This document shows positions 1 through 8,524 of a stretch of 64,000 bases of DNA, one piece after another. The notes beneath the pieces were generated by a model. The model was given only the letters and a program-made list of their open reading frames with translations, was not told the DNA's origin and searched no databases. The stretch covers positions 1,152,001-1,216,000 of the forward strand of contig CAWDSK010000005.1 in assembly GCA_963804995.1 (NCBI GenBank), in the 5' to 3' direction. This stretch comes from an uncultured Acidobacteriota bacterium. GTDB taxonomy: Bacteria; Acidobacteriota; Terriglobia; UBA7540. Position numbers and translations under genes: made by a program. Position 1 is the first letter of the stretch; each line of letters begins with the position of its first letter.

Positions 1-149
1 TACCCGTTGTAGTTTGCAAAGTACGGGACATAGCCCTTGAGCAGGCGTGCACCGTTTTGGGCGTCAAAGTCTGGACACCGCAAGACAACTACGTAGTTCC
101 GGTGGCTTCCTCTTCGAAAGGAAAAGAAGACGGTACCTGGAACGTGTGA
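1..149 (+). CDS. 3' end of an unidentified gene entering from the left edge
   Basis: Open frame ...PVVVCKVRDIALEQACTVLGVKVWTPQDNYVVPVASSSKGKEDGT. In the reconstructed pre-insertion allele the stop is the TGA of ggtaccTGAcacc; it now reads a few codons into the IS end (WNV*). Confidence 0.4.
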   Translation, partial: PVVVCKVRDIALEQACTVLGVKVWTPQDNYVVPVASSSKGKEDGTWNV

Positions 150-1908
150 AGAAATTAGCCTGAAAACCAACAAGAATGCCTAGGTGGAAAGTGGTAGGTC
201 GGGTACACTGCGGGCATGACAACCAAGCCTCCGGTTACTCGACCTCGTTTGACTGCGGTGAATCGGTGCCAGATGGTGATGCGGGCGATTGATGTGGAGC
301 GACTGATTGAGGAAGATCACCCCGCGCGCTCGATTTGGGAGTTGGTAGGGCGGCTGGATCTGAGTCGGTATTATGCCGGCATCGCCGCCGTGGAGGGGCG
401 GGCGGGGAGGGAGCACACCGATCCGCAGGTTTTGATCAGTCTCTGGCTGTATGCCTACAGCCGCGGGATCAGTTCGGCGCGCGAGATGGCGCGGCGGTGC
501 GAATATGAACCGGCCTTTCAGTGGCTGTGCGGGCTGGAGCCGATCAGTCACCGCACGCTGTCCGGGTTTCGTTCCAGTCAAAAGGCGGCGCTGGACGATC
601 TCTTCGTGCAGGTGCTGGGGATGCTGAGCGCCGAGGGTCTGATCACTCTGGAGCGCGTGACGCTGGACGGCACGAAGATCAAGGCCAATGCCGGCGGCAA
701 TACGTTCCGGCGCCAGCCGACGCTCGAAGCTCACCTGCAATTGGCCCGCGAACAAGTGCGGCTGATGGAGGAACAAGCGGCGGAAGAAGAGCAGATGGCC
801 AGGCGGCAGGTGGCGGCGCGGCAGCGGGCCGCACGGCAACGCCGGAGCCGTTTGGAGGCTGCCGTACGCGAGGTCGAGCGCTTACAGCGCGAGAAAAAGG
901 ACGATCGCGACAGTTTTGTGGCCCGCGCCTCCAGCACCGACCCGGAAGCCCACGTCATGAGAAATGGCGAGGGCGGCACGGTTCCGAGCTACAACGTGCA
1001 ACTGCTGACGGACACCACGCACGGGCTGATCGTGAATGTGGAGGCGACCACCGATGCCATCGATCATCGCCAACTGGAACCGGCCCTCAACCGCTGCGCG
1101 CAAACGCTGGGACGCCATCCCCGGCAGATCGTTGCCGATGGCGACTACACCAATCACGCCTCGGTCGCGGCGGCGGCGAACTGCGGAGTGGATTTTTATG
1201 GATCGTGGCAGGCGAGTTGGAAGCCCGGCGAACGCGACGCCCAAGGCCGCCGCGCCGCGTTTCTGGCCAGCGCCTTCCACTATCGTGCCGAGCACGACAG
1301 CTTCACTTGCCCGGCGGGAGAAATCCTGACTCACCGTGCGATACAGAATCGCGGGCACGGGGTCCGCGTCCACGTCTATCGCGCGCCGCGGGAGGCTTGT
1401 CGTACGTGTACGTTACGCAGCCAGTGCGCCCCGCAAAAAGCGCGCTCCCAATGGGTCCGATCGATTACGCGCCTGGAGGAACCCGCGGCGACCCTGGCCT
1501 TCAAGGCCAAGATGGCCACGGAAGAAGCGCAGCGGATTTACGGTCAACGGTCGCGTATCGCCGAGTTCCCCCACGCCTGGATTAAAGAACGCTGCGGCCT
1601 GCGCCAGTTCCGCTGTCGCGGCCGCCTGAAAGCAACCCTGGAGGCAACGTGGGCGGCGCTGAGTTATAACCTGACCCGATGGTTCGCCCTGCAGCGACGG
1701 CCCACCCTGACCGATGCCGCCCTGGCGCCGGCGTAAGTGAAGAGCGCCAAAGCGCCACACGAGGATGAGGAAGAAATCATGCTGCCGCCGGTGCTCACCT
1801 GGCAACCTCACCCCCAGCCGCGATTACCCGCACCACGAAAGTGAAATCATCGTGCATCCCGACTTATCCCTATCCCGCGATTCTCAAAACACATTTCTTC
1901 ACACGTTC
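140..1908 (+). mobile_element. IS1182-family insertion sequence, copy 1 (1769 bp)
   Basis: Terminal inverted repeats GAACGTGTGAAGAAAT / ATTTCTTCACACGTTC; flanking CTG duplication (137-139, 1909-1911); single transposase inside. Confidence 0.9.
216..1736 (+). CDS. IS1182-family DDE transposase (506 aa)
   Basis: N-terminal DUF772-like region (LIEEDHPAR...YAYSRGISSAREMARRCE), DGTKIKANA, YNVQ, ADGDY, CPAG..C..C zinc motif and R...AEFPHAWIK. Confidence 0.92.
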   Translation: MTTKPPVTRPRLTAVNRCQMVMRAIDVERLIEEDHPARSIWELVGRLDLSRYYAGIAAVEGRAGREHTDPQVLISLWLYAYSRGISSAREMARRCEYEPAFQWLCGLEPISHRTLSGFRSSQKAALDDLFVQVLGMLSAEGLITLERVTLDGTKIKANAGGNTFRRQPTLEAHLQLAREQVRLMEEQAAEEEQMARRQVAARQRAARQRRSRLEAAVREVERLQREKKDDRDSFVARASSTDPEAHVMRNGEGGTVPSYNVQLLTDTTHGLIVNVEATTDAIDHRQLEPALNRCAQTLGRHPRQIVADGDYTNHASVAAAANCGVDFYGSWQASWKPGERDAQGRRAAFLASAFHYRAEHDSFTCPAGEILTHRAIQNRGHGVRVHVYRAPREACRTCTLRSQCAPQKARSQWVRSITRLEEPAATLAFKAKMATEEAQRIYGQRSRIAEFPHAWIKERCGLRQFRCRGRLKATLEATWAALSYNLTRWFALQRRPTLTDAALAPA

Positions 1909-1943
1909 CTGACACCGTTTCCCTCTTGACACCGTTTCCCTCT
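1909..1943 (+). repeat. TGACACC-type repeat end, tandemly duplicated
   Basis: tgacaccgtttccctct x2; joins cggtacctg (131-139) when the IS is removed. Confidence 0.85.
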
Positions 1944-1947
1944 ATTC

Positions 1948-2088
1948 CTACTTCTTTTCGCTCTCTTTTTTTTCTTTCTGTTGCTCCAAAACCCTTCCGC
2001 CCGACGGATGTCCCTGCCTAGTCTGCCTCGCAGCGTCTTCCACTTCTTTCTTTGTTGGCACCGGCACCGTCTCTTTTTCTCTAGCCAT
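1948..2088 (-). CDS. small hypothetical protein (46 aa, highly charged)
   Basis: Manually translated MAREKETVPVPTKKEVEDAARQTRQGHPSGGRVLEQQKEKKESEKK*; AGGGGG SD-like sequence upstream; below the ORF-track cutoff. Confidence 0.55.
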   Translation of the reverse strand: MAREKETVPVPTKKEVEDAARQTRQGHPSGGRVLEQQKEKKESEKK

Positions 2089-2192
2089 TTCTAAACCCCC
2101 TAAATGATTTTGTTGACTTCCTTGTTAGTGTATCATATTCGCCATTTCTTCGCCACCAAAAAAGCGGGGTAGCGCAGACGTAGCCGCTGTTT

Positions 2193-2225
2193 GGGGGAAA
2201 TGGTGTCAGGGGGAAATGGTGTCAG
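2193..2225 (-). repeat. TGACACC-type repeat end, opposite orientation, tandemly duplicated
   Basis: gggggaaatggtgtca x2; joins caggtacc (3995-4002) when the IS is removed. Confidence 0.85.
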
Positions 2226-3994
2226 GAACGTGTGAAGAAATTAGCCTGAAAACCAACAAGAATGCCTAGGTGGAAAGTGGTAGGTCGGGTACACTGCGGG
2301 CATGACGACCAAGCCTCCGGTTACTCGACCTCGTTTGACTGCGGTGAATCGGTGCCAGATGGTGATGCGGGCGATTGATGTGGAGCGACTGATTGAGGAA
2401 GATCACCCCGCGCGCTCGATTTGGGAGTTGGTAGGGCGGCTGGATCTGAGTCGGTATTATGCCGGCATCGCCGCCGTGGAGGGGCGGGCGGGGAGGGAGC
2501 ACACCGATCCGCAGGTTTTGATCAGTCTCTGGCTGTATGCCTACAGCCGCGGGATCAGTTCGGCGCGCGAGATGGCGCGGCGGTGCGAATATGAACCGGC
2601 CTTTCAGTGGCTGTGCGGGCTGGAGCCGATCAGTCACCGCACGCTGTCCGGGTTTCGTTCCAGTCAAAAGGCGGCGCTGGACGATCTCTTCGTGCAGGTG
2701 CTGGGGATGCTGAGCGCCGAGGGTCTGATCACTCTGGAGCGCGTGACGCTGGACGGCACGAAGATCAAGGCCAATGCCGGCGGCAATACGTTCCGGCGCC
2801 AGCCGACGCTCGAAGCTCACCTGCAATTGGCCCGCGAACAAGTGCGGCTGATGGAGGAACAAGCGGCGGAAGAAGAGCAGATGGCCAGGCGGCAGGTGGC
2901 GGCGCGGCAGCGGGCCGCACGGCAACGCCGGAGCCGTTTGGAGGCTGCCGTACGCGAGGTCGAGCGCTTACAGCGCGAGAAAAAGGACGATCGCGACAGT
3001 TTTGTGGCCCGCGCCTCCAGCACCGACCCGGAAGCCCACGTCATGAGAAATGGCGAGGGCGGCACGGTTCCGAGCTACAACGTGCAACTGCTGACGGACA
3101 CCACGCACGGGCTGATCGTGAATGTGGAGGCGACCACCGATGCCATCGATCATCGCCAACTGGAACCGGCCCTCAACCGCTGCGCGCAAACGCTGGGACG
3201 CCATCCCCGGCAGATCGTTGCCGATGGCGACTACACCAATCACGCCTCGGTCGCGGCGGCGGCGAACTGCGGAGTGGATTTTTATGGATCGTGGCAGGCG
3301 AGTTGGAAGCCCGGCGAACGCGACGCCCAAGGCCGCCGCGCCGCGTTTCTGGCCAGCGCCTTCCACTATCGTGCCGAGCACGACAGCTTCACTTGCCCGG
3401 CGGGAGAAATCCTGACTCACCGTGCGATACAGAATCGCGGGCACGGGGTCCGCGTCCACGTCTATCGCGCGCCGCGGGAGGCTTGTCGTACGTGTACGTT
3501 ACGCAGCCAGTGCGCCCCGCAAAAAGCGCGCTCCCAATGGGTCCGATCGATTACGCGCCTGGAGGAACCCGCGGCGACCCTGGCCTTCAAGGCCAAGATG
3601 GCCACGGAAGAAGCGCAGCGGATTTACGGTCAACGGTCGCGTATCGCCGAGTTCCCCCACGCCTGGATTAAAGAACGCTGCGGCCTGCGCCAGTTCCGCT
3701 GTCGCGGCCGCCTGAAAGCAACCCTGGAGGCAACGTGGGCGGCGCTGAGTTATAACCTGACCCGATGGTTCGCCCTGCAGCGACGGCCCACCCTGACCGA
3801 TGCCGCCCTGGCGCCGGCGTAAGTGAAGAGCGCCAAAGCGCCACACGAGGATGAGGAAGAAATCATGCTGCCGCCGGTGCTCACCTGGCAACCTCACCCC
3901 CAGCCGCGATTACCCGCACCACGAAAGTGAAATCATCGTGCATCCCGACTTATCCCTATCCCGCGATTCTCAAAACACATTTCTTCACACGTTC
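2226..3994 (+). mobile_element. IS1182-family insertion sequence, copy 2
   Basis: Same inverted repeats as copy 1; CAG duplication (2223-2225, 3995-3997); one silent difference noticed in codon 2 (ACA vs ACG). Confidence 0.9.
2302..3822 (+). CDS. IS1182-family DDE transposase (506 aa), same protein as copy 1
   Basis: Identical translation to 216..1736. Confidence 0.92.
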   Translation: MTTKPPVTRPRLTAVNRCQMVMRAIDVERLIEEDHPARSIWELVGRLDLSRYYAGIAAVEGRAGREHTDPQVLISLWLYAYSRGISSAREMARRCEYEPAFQWLCGLEPISHRTLSGFRSSQKAALDDLFVQVLGMLSAEGLITLERVTLDGTKIKANAGGNTFRRQPTLEAHLQLAREQVRLMEEQAAEEEQMARRQVAARQRAARQRRSRLEAAVREVERLQREKKDDRDSFVARASSTDPEAHVMRNGEGGTVPSYNVQLLTDTTHGLIVNVEATTDAIDHRQLEPALNRCAQTLGRHPRQIVADGDYTNHASVAAAANCGVDFYGSWQASWKPGERDAQGRRAAFLASAFHYRAEHDSFTCPAGEILTHRAIQNRGHGVRVHVYRAPREACRTCTLRSQCAPQKARSQWVRSITRLEEPAATLAFKAKMATEEAQRIYGQRSRIAEFPHAWIKERCGLRQFRCRGRLKATLEATWAALSYNLTRWFALQRRPTLTDAALAPA

Positions 3995-4013
3995 CAGGTA
4001 CCCTTTTTTTTAG

Positions 4014-4173
4014 TGGCTGAACCATCCCCAACCGAAGGAGGAAATTGAAAACATCCGGTATGCCATTAAGCGCAGCAGGCCGTACGGTTCGGAGCCCTGG
4101 GTGTCGAAGGCGGTGGCGGAGTTTGGATTGAAAAATACCCTCCGCAACTCGTAGCCCCGAAAAGGGTACCTGA
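4014..4173 (+). pseudogene. C-terminal remnant of a RAYT-like (Y1/HUH) transposase
   Basis: Manual translation WLNHPQPKEEIENIRYAIKRSRPYGSEPWVSKAVAEFGLKNTLRN resembles the typical RAYT-like tail (..N.PQ...E...IR..I.RGRPYG...W....A...GL..TLRPRGRP). It is bracketed by inverted GGTGTCAGGTACC / GGTACCTGACACC ends. Confidence 0.6.
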
Positions 4174-4225
4174 CACCGTTTGTCCCCTCTGACACCGTTT
4201 GTCCCCTCACCGTTTGTCCCTCCCC
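4161..4225 (+). repeat. intact GGTACCTGACACC repeat with triplicated tail
   Basis: aaagggtacc tgacaccgtttgtcccctc tgacaccgtttgtcccctc accgtttgtccctcc. Confidence 0.88.
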
Positions 4226-4244
4226 TTGGGTGGAAGCAACTCGC

Positions 4245-4273
4245 TTGCCGTGGACTGGGAAAGAGCGTAATCT
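4245..4273 (+). promoter_or_regulatory. putative sigma70 promoter of the yefM-yoeB-type operon (leaderless)
   Basis: TTGCCG-N17-TAATCT; the ATG follows after 6 nt and there is no SD. Confidence 0.5.
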
Positions 4274-4279
4274 TACAGC

Positions 4280-4522
4280 ATGAACACTCTGGATGCCAAA
4301 GAGGCAGGGGAAAAGCTTGACCGAATTCTGGACGAGGCGGCCGAAGCGCATCAACCTGTCTTGATTACCAGTCTGCGCGCCAATGCCGTGCTGGTGCCCG
4401 AGGAAGATTGGAATGCCATTCAGGAGACCCTTTACCTCCTATCGGTGCCGGGCATGCGTGAATCCATTCGGGTGGGACTGGAAACCCCTATTGAGGAATG
4501 TGAGAAAGAGCCCGGCTGGTGA
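4280..4522 (+). CDS. Phd/YefM-family antitoxin
   Basis: HQPVLIT...NAVLVPEEDWNAIQETLYLLSVPGMRESI; overlaps the toxin start (GTGA). Confidence 0.92.
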   Translation: MNTLDAKEAGEKLDRILDEAAEAHQPVLITSLRANAVLVPEEDWNAIQETLYLLSVPGMRESIRVGLETPIEECEKEPGW

Positions 4523-4785
4523 ACGATTGGAATCTTGTTTACACAAGGCAAGCGCAGAAGGACGCGAAACGGCTTGCGGCGTCGGGGCTGCGGGAGAGAG
4601 CGCAAAAGCTCCTCGACTTGCTGGCCAAAGATCCTTTTTCAAAACCCCCACCATTTGAAAAACTAGTCGGCGATTTGGCCGGCGCCTACTCAAGACGTAT
4701 CAATATTCAGCACAGGCTCGTGTACCAGGTCATTCCAGAGCGCCGGACAGTCAAAGTGCTGCGAATGTGGACGCACTATGAGTGA
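4519..4785 (+). CDS. Txe/YoeB-family mRNA interferase toxin
   Basis: PPPFEKLVGDLAGAYSRRINIQHRLVYQV...RMWTHYE. Confidence 0.93.
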   Translation: MNDWNLVYTRQAQKDAKRLAASGLRERAQKLLDLLAKDPFSKPPPFEKLVGDLAGAYSRRINIQHRLVYQVIPERRTVKVLRMWTHYE

Positions 4786-4919
4786 CAGGAGAAACGGTGA
4801 AGAAACCGTGTCAGTAGGCCGGGGGCAAGCGCACTGTGATGACGAAGTATCGATCCGAACAAAAGGACGCCGCAACTTCGACACGGCCCTACAGTACAGC
4901 GCTGTGAACATGATTGCGA

Positions 4920-5027
4920 CCGAAAAGACGCGGACCGCAAAACCGGCGGTCCGCGCCACCGGCTGCGCTACCTGCTCCATCACGGGGCCGAAAAGACGCG
5001 GACCACAAAAGCGGTGGTCCGCGCTAC
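4920..5027 (-). repeat. GTAG-type REP palindromes (two related copies)
   Basis: cgaaaagacgcggaccgcaaaaccggcggtccgcgccacc and ccgaaaagacgcggaccacaaaagcggtggtccgcgctac. Confidence 0.75.
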
Positions 5028-5046
5028 CCCCTCCAAAGGAGAAACA

Positions 5047-6060
5047 ATGATGAGCCTCGAATCACTGAGGATACACCGGAGGAATCTTAGAGTGTCCGGC
5101 TGCGGCTCGCAAGAAGCGAGGAATTCGGCGTCACGTACTCGCACATGGAGTGGCTATGCCGTCCTCACGGTACTGGTAAGCTGTGCAGTCCTAGGTGGGG
5201 CCGCCCTGGTTGCAGGCAAGCAACCGAAGGCATTCACGAAGTCAAACCTTCAAGTTGCAACCCCCTATGGAAAGCTCGTGGTGAACCTTTCGATTGCGCC
5301 GAAGGATTCCCCTGACCTTCTGTTTTTGTCAGGAACTGTGGCAAACCAAACCGACCGTGCTTGGGGCCACGTGGAATTTAACACTACCCTCCTCGATAAG
5401 GACGGTCGAGCGCTTCCGACCGGTTTGATCATCACCGCTACCACTGCGTGTGATTTGGCGAGAGGCGGGGTCTGCCCGCTATTAGAAAGTCCGCTTACCT
5501 TTGAGGGCTTTCCGCGCCGACCACTGGAGAAGATTGCCGATGCACGTGTCGAGTTCGACGCCAAACTCAGCTCCTACAAGTTCAGATATGTTTTCAGGCT
5601 AATCAAACCGACCGCGAGTGACAACCTGCTTTTTGAGGATTCTATCATCAGCATTCGGTTTGTGGTAGGCGAGGAAGCTAGAGGGGTACAATTTGCTCTC
5701 CAAAACAAAACAGACTCACCGATTCTTGTAAATTGGGATAAAGCCGCGTATATGGACCCTTCCGGTGAATCACACCGAGTGATCCACACAGGCATCGTTT
5801 TCGCAGATCGCAGCAAAGCCCAGTCACTTACCTCTATTGCGCCGACAGGGAGAATTAACGATGGCGTGTTTCCCGCCGACTACATAGACTGGAGTAATGC
5901 GACTAACGACTGGACTCAAACAATTCTCTTCCCGCAGACAGCCGCAGCTGAACCTGGCCGCATGAAGGGCCAGAGATTTGGCGTGTTGCTGCCTGTGACC
6001 GTCAACGGAGTGGAGAAGAACTATTTTTTCCAAATTCAGATTGCCGATGTGGTGATATGA
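5047..6060 (+). CDS. hypothetical exported or membrane-anchored protein with an FxLYD-like domain
   Basis: SD AAGGAG before ATG 5047; hydrophobic segment YAVLTVLVSCAVLGGAALVA; LSGTVANQT...VEFNTTLLDKDG; beta-rich C-terminal domain. Confidence 0.7.
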   Translation: MMSLESLRIHRRNLRVSGCGSQEARNSASRTRTWSGYAVLTVLVSCAVLGGAALVAGKQPKAFTKSNLQVATPYGKLVVNLSIAPKDSPDLLFLSGTVANQTDRAWGHVEFNTTLLDKDGRALPTGLIITATTACDLARGGVCPLLESPLTFEGFPRRPLEKIADARVEFDAKLSSYKFRYVFRLIKPTASDNLLFEDSIISIRFVVGEEARGVQFALQNKTDSPILVNWDKAAYMDPSGESHRVIHTGIVFADRSKAQSLTSIAPTGRINDGVFPADYIDWSNATNDWTQTILFPQTAAAEPGRMKGQRFGVLLPVTVNGVEKNYFFQIQIADVVI

Positions 6061-6064
6061 CCAG

Positions 6065-6104
6065 GTAGTGCGGACCACCGCTTTTGTGGTCAGCGTCTTT
6101 TCGG
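6065..6104 (+). repeat. GTAG-type REP, inverted partner of 4988-5027
   Basis: gtagtgcggaccaccgcttttgtggtcagcgtcttttcgg matches the reverse complement of 4988-5027 at 38/40. Confidence 0.8.
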
Positions 6105-6112
6105 CGCGTGAT

Positions 6113-6140
6113 GGGGGAAACGGTGTCAGGAACCGTTTTC
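6113..6140 (-). repeat. GGTTCCTGACACC repeat
   Basis: gggggaaacggtgtcaggaaccgttttc. Confidence 0.85.
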
Positions 6141-6146
6141 TTCCTC

Positions 6147-6461
6147 CTAGGTGGGATTGAGGGCAGAACCCTGGCGGCTCGGCGACCGCTTTCCGCGGTG
6201 CGGGGATTTGTGCGGCGCGCGGCTCTTGGGCAGGAGCCGACCGGTCGATCGACGACTCTCGCGCACCAGATCCAGAATTTCTTTCCGGGAGAGACCCGCA
6301 TCGATGCCCGGCACGTCCAGCGGTGAACCGGAACGCGCGGCCGGGCGGACCAAAAAGGCCTGCCCATCGCGGCGGCGAATCTCCACTCCCCCTTCGCGGC
6401 TGGCGCGGTTCAGCAGTTCCGTCAGTTGCTGCCTTGCTTCCGAATAGTTATATACTTTCAT
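6147..6461 (-). CDS. Phd/YefM-like antitoxin
   Basis: MKVYNYSEARQQLTELLNRA...VEIRRRDGQAF; ATGA overlap with the upstream PIN gene. Confidence 0.85.
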   Translation of the reverse strand: MKVYNYSEARQQLTELLNRASREGGVEIRRRDGQAFLVRPAARSGSPLDVPGIDAGLSRKEILDLVRESRRSTGRLLPKSRAPHKSPHRGKRSPSRQGSALNPT

Positions 6462-6658
6462 CTAAAAGCTTGCTGCACGTCCGCCGCGGATAGCCGCTTT
6501 CGACGAACGCCCGCCACCAGGGCATTGCCGATCTCCCAAGGTAAGGAGGGCGCCCCCACCAGACTGTATCCTTCCGTGGCGTTAACCAGCGCCCGCCGCG
6601 TGGGTTCGTTCAGCAGCACCGCAAGCAGGACCGAAGTATCAACGACCAGAGAAGCCAT
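6458..6658 (-). pseudogene. truncated PIN-domain (VapC-like) toxin
   Basis: LVVDTSVLLAVLLNEP...APSLPWEIGNAL; only about 66 aa, with the C-terminal catalytic half missing. Confidence 0.75.
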
Positions 6659-6660
6659 AC

Positions 6661-6695
6661 CGTACAATTGTACGTTTTCTGATCCGGTTTATCAA
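6661..6695 (-). promoter_or_regulatory. sigma70 promoter with overlapping palindromic operator for the PIN/antitoxin operon
   Basis: TTGATA-N17-TACAAT on the minus strand; perfect 14-bp palindrome CGTACAATTGTACG (6661-6674) over the -10 box. Confidence 0.7.
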
Positions 6696-6806
6696 GTGGG
6701 AAAGGTGTCAGGGGTGCGCGACATAAATGTAACGCTCTGGGCTGGCTCTTTTTTTGTCGCTTATATCCTAACGTATATGATACGTTAGGATAGAGGAGGC
6801 CTTAAC

Positions 6807-7211
6807 ATGCCCCAATCCCTTAACGTCCTGGAGAACCAACGGGCGGAGTTGATCCGCCAGATCGCCCAACTGGGTGACCTCCGCAGTGGTTCGATCACCA
6901 GCATTACCGCCCGCTGCGGCAAGTCCAACTGTCACTGTCATCAGCCCCATCATCCCGGCCACGGCCCTAACTTCCGGCTCACTTACAAGGTGCAGGGCCG
7001 GACCGTCAGCGAAACCTTCCCCAGCCCTGCCGCCCGGCACCAGGCGGAACGACAGATTGCCGAGTTCCGCAGGTTTCAACAACTGCGCCGGGCCTTCGTG
7101 GAGGTGAACGAAAAAATCTGCCGTCAGCGCCCCCTCCCCCAGGAGGCCGAAGCGGCGGAGCAGGAAAAAAAACGGCGGAAGCCATTCAGCGGGAAGTGGC
7201 GCGAGAAGTAG
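6807..7211 (+). CDS. IS accessory ORF (DUF6788-like)
   Basis: LRSGSIT....CGKSNCHC......GHGP; overlaps the transposase in the -1 frame. Confidence 0.8.
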   Translation: MPQSLNVLENQRAELIRQIAQLGDLRSGSITSITARCGKSNCHCHQPHHPGHGPNFRLTYKVQGRTVSETFPSPAARHQAERQIAEFRRFQQLRRAFVEVNEKICRQRPLPQEAEAAEQEKKRRKPFSGKWREK

Positions 7212-8524
7212 AGTCCCTGCTGGCGGTGATCTTTGCTGGGCGGCGCAAGTCCGGGACGCTGGATTTGGAAGCCGTCGAGATGGCCACACGCGCGGCCTTG
7301 CACCGGGCGGGGGCGGCGGTGCTGGAGGAGTTGCTGGCCGCCCCGGACGAGTGCCCTCGCCAAGTTCCCTGCGGCTGTGGTCGGGGGGCCCCCTACCGCG
7401 GCAGGCGTCGGAAGCAACTGCTGACCGTGCTGGGGCGGGTCGAGACCGAGCGTCCCTATTACGTTTGTCCGGCCTGTCACCGGGGACAGAGTCCCCGCGA
7501 TCAGGAACTGGATGTGGAGGGCACGGAATATTCTCCTGGGGTGCGACGGATGATGGCGGTGGTGGGCAGCGAAACCTCCTTTGCGCTCGGTCGAGAACAA
7601 CTGCAACTGCTGGCCGGGTTGGAGGTGACCACCAAGGCCGTGGAACGGCAGGCAGAGGCTCTGGGCGCCGAGATTGCTGCCCAGGAACAAGCCTCGATCC
7701 AGCAAGGCCTGCAACGGAACTTGCCGCAGGTGAGGGGACCGGAAATTCCGGTACTCTATGTGGAGATGGATGGGACGGGAGTACCGGTGGTGAGTTCGGA
7801 AACCGAGGGTCGAGCGGGGAAACAGAGCGAGCAAGCGCGCACGCGGGAAGTGAAATTAGGTTGTGTCTTCGCCCAGACGACACGGGATGCCCGGGGCCGA
7901 CCGGCGCGCGAAGAAGGCTCCACCACCTACACGGGAGGCATCGAAACGGCCGAGGTTTTTGGGCGACGCATCTACCTCGAAGCATATCGTCGGGGCTGGA
8001 ACCGGGCCCAAAAGAAAGTGGTGATCGGCGATGGTGCTCCTTGGATTTGGAACCTCACCGCCGAGCACTTTCCGGGAGCCATTCAGATTGTGGATCTTTA
8101 TCATGCCCGACAGCACTTATGGGAGCTGTCGGGCCAGCTCTGGCCCACCGACGAGCGCCACCGCCGAAGGTGGACCAGAAAACGGGAGGAGAAGTTGGAG
8201 AGCGGGCGGATCGAATCCCTAGTGCGCGATTTGCGCTCGCTGTTCCCAGCCACGCCCGAAGCCGCCGAACTCTTGCGCCACGCGGCAGATTATTTTACCG
8301 TCAACGCCCAACGGATGCGCTATCCGACCTTTCGGCGTCAGCATCTGTTCGTAGGTTCCGGGGTCGTCGAAGCCGGCTGCAAAACCCTCATCGGCACTCG
8401 GCTGAAGCGCTCCGGTATGTTCTGGAGGGTCCGCGGGGCCAATGCCATCATCGCCCTTCGCTGCCATCGCTTGAGCGGCAAATTCGAGGATTACTGGGAG
8501 AACCGTCGCCCCCGCGCGGCCTGA
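7196..8524 (+). CDS. ISKra4-family transposase
   Basis: CGCG..YYVCPAC, YVEMDGTGVP, IGDGAPWIWN, VDLYHA, GSGVVEAGCK. Confidence 0.9.
   Translation: MAREVESLLAVIFAGRRKSGTLDLEAVEMATRAALHRAGAAVLEELLAAPDECPRQVPCGCGRGAPYRGRRRKQLLTVLGRVETERPYYVCPACHRGQSPRDQELDVEGTEYSPGVRRMMAVVGSETSFALGREQLQLLAGLEVTTKAVERQAEALGAEIAAQEQASIQQGLQRNLPQVRGPEIPVLYVEMDGTGVPVVSSETEGRAGKQSEQARTREVKLGCVFAQTTRDARGRPAREEGSTTYTGGIETAEVFGRRIYLEAYRRGWNRAQKKVVIGDGAPWIWNLTAEHFPGAIQIVDLYHARQHLWELSGQLWPTDERHRRRWTRKREEKLESGRIESLVRDLRSLFPATPEAAELLRHAADYFTVNAQRMRYPTFRRQHLFVGSGVVEAGCKTLIGTRLKRSGMFWRVRGANAIIALRCHRLSGKFEDYWENRRPRAA

Noticed and set aside
180..3897. Overlapping ORFs inside the IS1182 copies (for example 521..1585 and 180..839)
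   Set aside because: Shadow frames of a GC-rich transposase, with no recognisable motifs.
140..3994. Tandem IS1182 copies as an assembly duplication
   Set aside because: The copies have different flanks, separate target duplications and at least one nucleotide difference.
1909..6140. CRISPR array suggested by the short recurring repeats
   Set aside because: No regular repeat-spacer period, mixed orientations and no cas genes.
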